This document shows, piece after piece, positions 34,903 through 42,755 of a DNA stretch of 64,000 nt. The DNA lies in assembly GCA_017410375.1 (NCBI GenBank), contig JAFQQW010000058.1:9192-73191 (forward strand), read 5' to 3'. The notes beneath the pieces were generated by a model. That model saw only the letters and a program-made list of their open reading frames with translations. It did not search any database and had not been told where the DNA came from. Within the stretch, counting starts at the first letter, position 1. Every line of letters starts with the position of its first letter. The stretch is from Clostridia bacterium. GTDB taxonomy: Bacteria; Bacillota; Clostridia; RGIG6154. A program made the translations under genes and the position numbers.

Positions 34903-35922
34903 TTAAGCTTTCACTTTTTCTTTTTTAGGCTTCTTTTCTATTTTAACTTTGCTCGCATTTTTGTTTTTAATAACGTCCATAAGTACTGCTACGACGACAA
35001 TGATACCTGTTAAAACATATGTAACATACGTTGAATTTACATTTAAATTGAATCGTGCAAGTACAAAGTTAAGTCCACTTCTGATTACAACAAGCATAAT
35101 CGCACCGATTACAGAGCCGGCAATTGAAGCAGTACCGCCAGCAGCGGATGTACCGCCGATGTATACGCCTGCAATGGCATCAAGCTCCATACCATTGCCT
35201 GTTGCGGATGCTACTGTTGTAAAGGATGCTGCCCAGAAAATCGCTGCAATACCTGTTGCAATTCCTGCGATTGTATAAGCAATAATTTTGTATTTGTCTG
35301 TGTTTATACCCGAAAGCCTTGTCGCTTCTTCATTACTGCCGATTGAAAGTATGTATCTTCCAATTTTGCATTTGTACATAAGATACATACAAATCAGTGC
35401 AAACAGCAACACCCACAGCAAGCCCACAGGTACGCCGTTAAAGTTTGAAAACACTTTATTAAACCATGTTCCACCCGGGAAAAAGATATTGGGAATCGAA
35501 ACTATAATTGCACTGAGCCCTCTTCCAAACATCATTGTTCCGAGCGTAGCTATAAATGCCGGAATTTTAAGCTTAGCAACCAAAAGTCCATTTACAAAGC
35601 CAACTACGGCACCAATTGCTATCATAACAGGAATTGTAAACCCAAGAGGCATGCCGTTCATATACAGCTTACCTGCAACAACTGCTGCCGCAATGCAAGT
35701 TGTACCGATCGAAAGGTCGATACCGCCTGTTGCAATGACAAATGTAACACCAAGTCCCATAATAGCATATGGAGCCAATGACTGTGCCATACTGACTATA
35801 TTATATTTCCCTAAAAAATTTGGATTCAATATCCAGAATACAAGCACCAGAACTGCAAGCGCAGCGATGATAATCATGTTCTGCATGCTTTTCCTTACTA
35901 AAGCTGCAAATGAATTTTTCAT
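34903..35922 (-). CDS. sugar ABC transporter permease (RbsC-like)
   Basis: About 10 TM helices; GAAGGGAGAG RBS before the ATG at 35922. Confidence 0.8.
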   Translation of the reverse strand: MKNSFAALVRKSMQNMIIIAALAVLVLVFWILNPNFLGKYNIVSMAQSLAPYAIMGLGVTFVIATGGIDLSIGTTCIAAAVVAGKLYMNGMPLGFTIPVMIAIGAVVGFVNGLLVAKLKIPAFIATLGTMMFGRGLSAIIVSIPNIFFPGGTWFNKVFSNFNGVPVGLLWVLLFALICMYLMYKCKIGRYILSIGSNEEATRLSGINTDKYKIIAYTIAGIATGIAAIFWAASFTTVASATGNGMELDAIAGVYIGGTSAAGGTASIAGSVIGAIMLVVIRSGLNFVLARFNLNVNSTYVTYVLTGIIVVVAVLMDVIKNKNASKVKIEKKPKKEKVKA

Positions 35923-35953
35923 ACTATATTCTCTCCCTTCATCAAACAACTGC

Positions 35954-37453
35954 TTATTGTTCTCTCATTGTAGCATAAGCCATTATTTTTTCCTGTGTTG
36001 CATCCTTTATGTCAATCTCACCGGTTATACGACCTTCACACATTACCACAACCCTGTCACTAAGTCTCTGGATTTCTGTCAGTTCAGATGAAATCATAAT
36101 AACTGACTTGCCTTGAGATGTAAGTTCTTCCATCAAAGTATACATCTCGCTCTTTGCTCCAATATCAATACCTCTTGTGGGTTCGTCAAATATAAAAATA
36201 TCTGAATTTTCGAGAAGCCATCTTGCAATAATAACCTTCTGCTGATTTCCGCCCGAGAGATTTTTAAGCAATTGCTTCATGGAAGGAGTTTTGGTCTTAA
36301 GCTTCTCATTTTCCTTTGCCGTTTCCGCTTCGACCATTCTATCGTTAATCCATCCGAATTGAATGAATTTTTCAAGGGATGCCAGCGCTGAATTTTCCGC
36401 AACAGATTTATCAAGCATTAGCCCGTATCTTTTTCTGTCCTCCGAAAGATAACAAATGCCTCTCTTTACTGCATCCTCCGGTGTCTTGATTTTAACTTTT
36501 TCTCCATTCACGAAAATTTCACCGCTGTCAATAGGGTCTGCACCATAGATTGCACGTGCAACCTCCGTTCTTCCGGCGCCCATAAGCCCCGAAAAGCCTA
36601 ATATTTCGCCTTTTCTTAATTTGAAGCTTACATTCTTTATTTCCTTGCCTCTGGTTAAGTTTCTAACCTCAAGTACAACTTCTGCATCCTCCGGAACACT
36701 ACTTTGTTCCTTTTTATCGCCATAAATGACTCTTCCGACCATCATTTTAACGATTTCATCTTTGGTTGTATCTTTTGTCAGGGCAGTTCCTACATACTCA
36801 CCGTCGCGCATTACGGTAATCCGGTCAGAAATCCGATTGATTTCATCCATACGGTGCGAAATATATATCATGCCTATACCTTTAGCCTTAAGGTCATTCA
36901 TAATTTTAAAAAGTTCTTCAACTTCAACCTGCGTTAAGGCAGCAGTAGGTTCATCAAGAATCAGTATTTTGCAATCTCTTGAAACCGCCTTGGCAATTTC
37001 AACCATTTGCTGTTTTCCCACAGTAAGCGTACCGAGCACCGCAGAGGGGTCTATTTTAACACCGATTCTGTCAAACAACTCCTTCGCGTCCTGCTCCATC
37101 TTTTTATCGTCTATGTATATCCCCTTCACCATAGGCTCTCTGCCTATATAAATGTTTTGTGCAACCGTTAAATGATTCATCATATTGAGTTCCTGGTGAA
37201 TAATGCTTATGCCGGCGTCCTGAGACTCTTTAATGGTGCCAAATTCCACTTCCTGTCCAAAAAGACGGATTTCACCGCCGTCGCGCTTATGAATTCCGCA
37301 CAAAACCTTCATAAGAGTTGATTTTCCTGCTCCGTTCTCACCCATAAGAGCATGCACTTCGCCCTCTTCCAGCTCCAGGTTTACATTTTTCAAAGCATGG
37401 ACTCCCGAAAATCTCTTGTCTATGTCTTTCATTTCAAGAATAATCTGACCCAT
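35954..37453 (-). CDS. sugar ABC transporter ATP-binding protein with two ATPase cassettes (RbsA-like)
   Basis: Two Walker A motifs (GENGAGKS, GLMGAGRT), two LSGG signature motifs, length 499 aa. Confidence 0.9.
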   Translation of the reverse strand: MGQIILEMKDIDKRFSGVHALKNVNLELEEGEVHALMGENGAGKSTLMKVLCGIHKRDGGEIRLFGQEVEFGTIKESQDAGISIIHQELNMMNHLTVAQNIYIGREPMVKGIYIDDKKMEQDAKELFDRIGVKIDPSAVLGTLTVGKQQMVEIAKAVSRDCKILILDEPTAALTQVEVEELFKIMNDLKAKGIGMIYISHRMDEINRISDRITVMRDGEYVGTALTKDTTKDEIVKMMVGRVIYGDKKEQSSVPEDAEVVLEVRNLTRGKEIKNVSFKLRKGEILGFSGLMGAGRTEVARAIYGADPIDSGEIFVNGEKVKIKTPEDAVKRGICYLSEDRKRYGLMLDKSVAENSALASLEKFIQFGWINDRMVEAETAKENEKLKTKTPSMKQLLKNLSGGNQQKVIIARWLLENSDIFIFDEPTRGIDIGAKSEMYTLMEELTSQGKSVIMISSELTEIQRLSDRVVVMCEGRITGEIDIKDATQEKIMAYATMREQ

Positions 37454-37526
37454 ATTTTCTCTCCTTTCTCCCTAAAACCATCATACCATATTGCCATTTC
37501 CTCGTCAATATCTTTTTTATTTACGT

Positions 37527-38051
37527 TCAGACCTTATTTTTAAACCTTACCAGCGAAGCAACCGCTGAAATCATATTGAAAACCTCTGCCACTATTCCGC
37601 CCAGTGTAAAATTGAAAATATTATGAATCAGCCAAGCAGGAGAAAGTGCTGCAACCTGAAAATATCTTATCTTCTTTCCGGCCTCATACCACATCAATAC
37701 ACTCACCACCAAAAGCGAAACATACGGAAGTGTCGTTAATATAATTTGAAGGATATCCCCTTCAAGCAAGGTCAGTGAATAGATATACGCAACCGTAAAC
37801 AGTGCCTCTACAAGTAGCATCTTCCATATTTTATTGTTCTTCTTCATATACAGCACGCCTCTTACCAGAATTGTAAGATTAAAAAGTGCACCGCCATATG
37901 CGCCTATAAGCAAGAAGTTTATAAAAAACATCAGTCCGCCTATCCCCTGCACAAAAACCAGTTTTTTACTGTTTTTGCACTGAAAAGACAACACAAACAA
38001 CAAAAGTCCGAATATACCGAAAACTTGTCCAGTAATCTCTCTGACGCCCAT
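37527..38051 (-). CDS. YgjV-family small inner-membrane protein
   Basis: 174 aa with about 5 TM helices and a YgjV-like hydrophobic pattern; own strong promoter. Confidence 0.5.
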   Translation of the reverse strand: MGVREITGQVFGIFGLLLFVLSFQCKNSKKLVFVQGIGGLMFFINFLLIGAYGGALFNLTILVRGVLYMKKNNKIWKMLLVEALFTVAYIYSLTLLEGDILQIILTTLPYVSLLVVSVLMWYEAGKKIRYFQVAALSPAWLIHNIFNFTLGGIVAEVFNMISAVASLVRFKNKV

Positions 38052-38160
38052 TTTTCACCCCGTTTTAATGTATCCCTATAATTTTATGAAAATCCGAAAC
38101 AATATATTATTTATATTAATTATATAATTAGGTTACAGGAAAGATGCACCTTGTTTTTAA

Positions 38161-38340
38161 TGAATTGACAACTTCGTTGTCATGAATTGGCTAAAGCCAT
38201 GAATTGTTGCTATCGCAACATGAATTGAATTGCCTATATAATGCACGAAGTGTAATTCATGAGCCGCAAGGCTCAATTCATGAAATCACAGATTTCAATT
38301 CACGACGAAGGCAATTCATTGAGTTTGCTTTGCAAACTCA
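38161..38340 (-). promoter_or_regulatory. 5'-UTR array: four AUGAAUUG-type and four CAAUUCAU-type 8-mers interleaved with tetraloop hairpins
   Basis: Hairpins GACAAC-TTCG-GTTGTC, GGC-TAAA-GCC, GTTGC-TATC-GCAAC, GAGCC-GCAA-GGCTC, GAGTTTGC-TT-GCAAACTC, each flanked by the 8-mer; lies between the promoter and the YgjV start. Confidence 0.5.
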
Positions 38341-38368
38341 TTATATCATAAAAAATATTAACTTTCAA
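38340..38368 (-). promoter_or_regulatory. strong sigma-A promoter TTGAAA-17-TGaTATAAT (extended -10)
   Basis: -35 at 38363-38368, -10 at 38340-38345, TG at -15 on the minus strand. Confidence 0.55.
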
Positions 38369-38377
38369 TACTTTCCG

Positions 38378-38406
38378 CAAAAAAAACGGAGCTTTCGCTC
38401 CGCTTC
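38378..38406 (-). terminator. rho-independent terminator GCGGAGCGAAAGCTCCGC + T8 ending the polysaccharide operon
   Basis: Perfect 7-bp GC stem with GAAA loop and a U8 tract, directly after the ugd stop. Confidence 0.75.
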
Positions 38407-39591
38407 TTAATCTCTGAAATATAAGTCTCTGGTATACACCTTATCTAAAACATCCGCAATGTCCTCCGAATAGCGGTTTGCCAGAATTACGTCGCTGATT
38501 TCCTTAAACTCTGCCAAATCACGGATTACACGGCTGTTAAAGAATTTGTCATCATGCATGGTCGGCTCATAAATAACCACCTCAATGCCCTTTGCCTTGA
38601 TACGCTTCATAACCCCCTGAATAGAGCTTTGACGGAAATTGTCCGACCCCGCCTTCATGGTCAGACGGTAAATGCCAACCGTCTTGGGTTGCTTTGCGAT
38701 AATCTGGTCTGCAATAAAATCTTTTCGGGTGCCGTTTGCCGCCACAATTGCCGAAATGATGTTTTGGGGCACATCATTGTAGTTTGCAAGCAACTGCTTT
38801 GTGTCTTTGGGCAGACAGTAGCCGCCGTACCCGAAAGAGGGATTGTTATAGTGATTGCCGATTCTGGGGTCTAAGCCAACCCCCTCGATGATGGATTTTG
38901 TGTCTAAATTCCGCACCTGTGCATAGGTATCCAACTCATTAAAGAAAGATACGCGAAGGGCTAAGTAAGTGTTTGCAAAAAGCTTTACCGCTTCTGCCTC
39001 TGTAGGGTTCATGTAGCGGATTTCAATATCCTCTTTTAAAGCCCCGTCTTTTAAAAGACCTGCAAAGGTTTCTGCCGCTTTTCTAAGGCGTGCATTCTTT
39101 ACCGGCACACCCACAATGATACGGCTGGGATACAAATTGTCATAAAGTGCTCTGCCCTCACGCAAAAATTCGGGGCTGAACAAAATGTTGTCACAGCAAA
39201 ATCTTTCCCGCACCGATTCGGTGTAGCCTACCGGCACGGTGGATTTGATAATCATCACCGCATCGGGGTTTACTGCAATCACCTGCTCGATCACACTTTC
39301 TACCGAGGACGTATCAAAATAATTTTTGTTCGGGTCATAATTTGTGGGGGTGGAGATGACAACCATATCCGCATCCTTGTACGCAGACGCCCCGTCTGTG
39401 GTTGCGGTTAAATTCAGTTCTTTTTTGCTTAAATATTCTGCAATTTCCTTGTCCTGAATGGGTGAAATGCGATTGTGAATCATATTCACCTTTTCTTCAA
39501 TAATGTCTACCGCCGTAACGGTATTTTTCTGTGCCAGAAGAACGGCAACCGAAAGTCCTACATACCCGGTGCCTGCAACTGCAATTTTCAT
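38407..39591 (-). CDS. ugd: UDP-glucose 6-dehydrogenase
   Basis: N-terminal [15 protein letters not shown]-binding motif; UDPGDH central and C-terminal regions with the catalytic-Cys context GGYCLPKD. Confidence 0.9.
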   Translation of the reverse strand: MKIAVAGTGYVGLSVAVLLAQKNTVTAVDIIEEKVNMIHNRISPIQDKEIAEYLSKKELNLTATTDGASAYKDADMVVISTPTNYDPNKNYFDTSSVESVIEQVIAVNPDAVMIIKSTVPVGYTESVRERFCCDNILFSPEFLREGRALYDNLYPSRIIVGVPVKNARLRKAAETFAGLLKDGALKEDIEIRYMNPTEAEAVKLFANTYLALRVSFFNELDTYAQVRNLDTKSIIEGVGLDPRIGNHYNNPSFGYGGYCLPKDTKQLLANYNDVPQNIISAIVAANGTRKDFIADQIIAKQPKTVGIYRLTMKAGSDNFRQSSIQGVMKRIKAKGIEVVIYEPTMHDDKFFNSRVIRDLAEFKEISDVILANRYSEDIADVLDKVYTRDLYFRD

Positions 39592-39733
39592 AAAAACATA
39601 CCTCTTTCTTAAGTTTTCTGCTCTCCCCGCCCGACATCTCTGTGGCGGTTTCAAACAGCCGGTAGGTTTTATGCACTACTCGTCCCTGTGGTGTCTCCTA
39701 TGGCAACGAAAATGCAATGTGCTGTATTAAAAT

Positions 39734-40468
39734 TTATTTTATACCTTTATAATCCTTCTGTACCTGTTCGTAGCTTTCTAAATTGCCGATGTCATAGCGC
39801 TTGCCGGGCATTTCCATGGCATGCACCTTAGTCTGCTGACAAAGCCATGCAATGTAGCTTCCGGGCGCGTCCACACCGCAGCCGTCGTTGATGCCCTTTT
39901 CCACAAGGCGCGCATCGTCCCTGGTATAGAAATAAAAGGGCGGGGTTGCCCAATGGGTTTCGGGATTGGGCGATTTTTCGGTCATTTTCAAAACCAAATC
40001 ATTTTCATCAACGGTTACCACACCGCATTTTAAAAGCTTCTGATCGCTTTCTTCATAGTAACGCATAATGCAGGAGGTCTGCTTTGCTTTTGCGTACTTA
40101 ATAAACTCGGTAAGCGAAAAATCCAACAGATTATCCCCTGCGATAACCAACATATCGTCATCAAGCCCTAATTGATCAATGGTAAACTGAATGTCCTTTA
40201 CCGCCCCTAAGCGGGTTTCATTGGATTCGGTGCCGTCATCCACAACTGTGATTTTCTGGCTCTTTTCAGCCGCCCAGGCATCAAAATGATGGGCAAACTT
40301 GTGGTTGGAAATCACCACATATTCGTCAATCTCACCCAAAGTGTCAATATCGTCAATCAGCCAGTCCAAAATGGTCTTGTCCTGAACCTTTAAAAGAGGC
40401 TTGGGGAAATTTTCGGTTAAAGGATACAGTCTTGTGGCATAGCCTGCCGCTAAAATCAAACATTTCAT
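39734..40468 (-). CDS. sugar-1-phosphate nucleotidyltransferase (NTP_transferase fold)
   Basis: LILAAGYATRLYPLT...PKPLL signature of sugar nucleotidyltransferases; AGGAGTG RBS before the ATG at 40468. Confidence 0.75.
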   Translation of the reverse strand: MKCLILAAGYATRLYPLTENFPKPLLKVQDKTILDWLIDDIDTLGEIDEYVVISNHKFAHHFDAWAAEKSQKITVVDDGTESNETRLGAVKDIQFTIDQLGLDDDMLVIAGDNLLDFSLTEFIKYAKAKQTSCIMRYYEESDQKLLKCGVVTVDENDLVLKMTEKSPNPETHWATPPFYFYTRDDARLVEKGINDGCGVDAPGSYIAWLCQQTKVHAMEMPGKRYDIGNLESYEQVQKDYKGIK

Positions 40469-40473
40469 ATTGT

Positions 40474-41655
40474 TCACACTCCTAATTCTGCACCGTCGGC
40501 ACTGTCACAAAAATGTACCGAGTACTTGCCCTTAAGTTCCGGGAACGCCTTTAAATATTCTTCGCTTACCTGTTGCTCAATTTTTTCTGCAAAGGCAGGG
40601 TCGATAAGCGCCATACAGCACCCCTTAAAGCCTGCACCCGAGAATCTTCCGCCGTAAATACCGTCAGTTTTGGTCATAATTTCATAAAGGGTTTTAAGCT
40701 CGGGCGAGCCGGTTTCCCAATTATAAATGGAAGAATGACCGCTTTCAAAAGAAAGCTTGCCGTAGGTTTCAATATCGCCCTTTCTCCAGGCCTCTGCACC
40801 CCTTTGCACCCGGTCAAATTCGGTGTACCAGTGCTCGGCACGCTTTGCCCAGTTTTCAGGCAGTTTTTCTTTGTATTTCAAATACACTTCATACGGAACG
40901 TGTCTTAAATTCGCTTCTTCAAATTTGCCGTACTCCATACCTGCATACGCCTGCAACGCATACGCCGCCGAACGGCATTCGTCCACTCGCATGTTAAATT
41001 TGGAGCCTGCAAGGGTTCTTTCCACGCCTGAAAACAGCACCATAAGCTTATAGGGCTTCATGTTGGGATTTGTGTCAATCAACTCAAAGCTGTCGTCCAT
41101 TGTATCTAAGTACAAAAGCTTATCCTTTTTGGAAAACACTTCGCAAGACTGGTCCAGCTTACCACAAGAAACACCCACATATTTATTTTCCGCTTCCTTT
41201 GCAGTGAGTATCATTTCAATCGGAGAAAGGGTTACATTGTTCACCTTACAAAGTGCGGACAAAAACGCAATGATAACCGCCGCCGAGGAAGATAAGCCCC
41301 CGATAGGCAAGCTACCCTCAATCACACCGCAAAGCCCGATTTCTAAGTTTCTTCTTTTGGCAAGGGCCAGTGCCGCACCGCGCAGATAATCTGCCCAGTC
41401 GTTCTGCTTTTCCTTTGGAATGGACGATACATGGAACTGCGCACGCTTGTCAAATTGCAGGGAATTTAATTCAATGACCCCGTTCTGTTTGGGACGGTAG
41501 GCGATATGAATGCCCTTGTCAATGGCAAAGCCCGTAATTTTGCCCAACTGATGGTCGCTGTGGGCACCAATGGGGCAAATGCGGTAAGGACAAAAGGCAA
41601 GCGCCTCCGCTTCTCTGTGATAAATTTCAAAAAACTTCTCCTGACATCTCATCAT
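40474..41655 (-). CDS. GHMP-family sugar-1-kinase, galactokinase-like
   Basis: Galactokinase signature R.CPIGAHSDHQLG and GHMP ATP-binding motif PIGGLSSSAAV. Confidence 0.8.
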   Translation of the reverse strand: MMRCQEKFFEIYHREAEALAFCPYRICPIGAHSDHQLGKITGFAIDKGIHIAYRPKQNGVIELNSLQFDKRAQFHVSSIPKEKQNDWADYLRGAALALAKRRNLEIGLCGVIEGSLPIGGLSSSAAVIIAFLSALCKVNNVTLSPIEMILTAKEAENKYVGVSCGKLDQSCEVFSKKDKLLYLDTMDDSFELIDTNPNMKPYKLMVLFSGVERTLAGSKFNMRVDECRSAAYALQAYAGMEYGKFEEANLRHVPYEVYLKYKEKLPENWAKRAEHWYTEFDRVQRGAEAWRKGDIETYGKLSFESGHSSIYNWETGSPELKTLYEIMTKTDGIYGGRFSGAGFKGCCMALIDPAFAEKIEQQVSEEYLKAFPELKGKYSVHFCDSADGAELGV

Positions 41656-41673
41656 AACTTATATTAACTCCAA

Positions 41674-42741
41674 TTATAAATAGAATTCTTTATACCATTT
41701 TGCAAATTTTCTTAATCCCTCTCGAAGTGACGTGGACGGCTTAAAGCCAAAGTCCGCTTCCAAAGCAGAGGTGTCTGCATAGGTTACCGGCACGTCACCC
41801 GGTTGCATGGGTACTAACTTTTTGTGTGCATCAAAATCAAAATCCTTCGGAAGCACGCCGGCACCTACTAATTCCTGCTGCAGAATATCCACAAAATCCA
41901 GTAAATTTTCGGGTGAGTTGTTGCCGATGTTATATACCGCATAGGGCGGAAGCGGTAAGCCGTCCTCCCCTGCTTTTTTCTCGGGTGCACACGCCATAAC
42001 ACGCATCACACCCTCTACAATATCGTCCACAAAGGTAAAATCACGCTTGCAGTTGCCGAAATTGAAAATTTCAATGGTGTCGCCTTTAATCAGCTTATTG
42101 GTAAAGCCGAAATATGCCATATCGGGACGTCCTGCAGGGCCGTAAACGGTAAAGAACCGAAGCCCCGTGGAAGGAATGTTATAAAGCTTTGAATAGGAGT
42201 GTGCCAGAAGCTCATTGGACTTCTTGGTTGCCGCATACAGCGACACGGGATTGTCCACCTTATCGTCTGTGGAATAGGGAATTTTTTTGTTCGAACCGTA
42301 AACCGAGGAACTGGAGGCATACACCAAATGCTCTACAGGATGGTTTCTGCACGCCTCTAAAATGTTGTAAAACCCGATTAAATTGGACTCAATATACACA
42401 TCGGGATTGGTAATGGAATACCGCACCCCTGCCTGTGCCGCAAGGTTTACCACCACATCAAATTTGTGTTCTTCAAATAAGCCCTCCAGCATCACTTTAT
42501 CTGCAATATTGCCCTTTACAAAGGTCCATTTTGCGTTATGCTTTGCCTGCTCCTTTTCAATTTCGGTTAAACGGTACTCTTTGATAGACACATCATAGTA
42601 ATCGTTCATGTTATCCAACCCCACAATATGCATGGGCGTATCGGTTTTCATGAGCGATAACACCAAATTTGCACCAATAAAGCCTGCCGCACCGGTTACC
42701 AGTATGGTTTTGTTTTCAAAGCTTACATTCTTTTCTCTCAT
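41674..42741 (-). CDS. NAD-dependent epimerase, UDP-glucuronate 4-epimerase-like (Cap1J/GlaE type)
   Basis: TGAAGFIG Rossmann motif, LDNMNDYYD, YxxxK context; next to ugd; TAAGGAGT RBS before the ATG at 42741. Confidence 0.8.
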   Translation of the reverse strand: MREKNVSFENKTILVTGAAGFIGANLVLSLMKTDTPMHIVGLDNMNDYYDVSIKEYRLTEIEKEQAKHNAKWTFVKGNIADKVMLEGLFEEHKFDVVVNLAAQAGVRYSITNPDVYIESNLIGFYNILEACRNHPVEHLVYASSSSVYGSNKKIPYSTDDKVDNPVSLYAATKKSNELLAHSYSKLYNIPSTGLRFFTVYGPAGRPDMAYFGFTNKLIKGDTIEIFNFGNCKRDFTFVDDIVEGVMRVMACAPEKKAGEDGLPLPPYAVYNIGNNSPENLLDFVDILQQELVGAGVLPKDFDFDAHKKLVPMQPGDVPVTYADTSALEADFGFKPSTSLREGLRKFAKWYKEFYL

Positions 42742-42755
42742 TATATACTCCTTAC

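Noticed and set aside
38161-38340. The repeated 8-mers as a micro-satellite or an assembly artefact
   Set aside because: The copies are not tandem-identical. Each is separated by a different, individually perfect small hairpin, and the four forward copies are followed by four reverse copies. That organised dyad symmetry is unlike slippage repeats.
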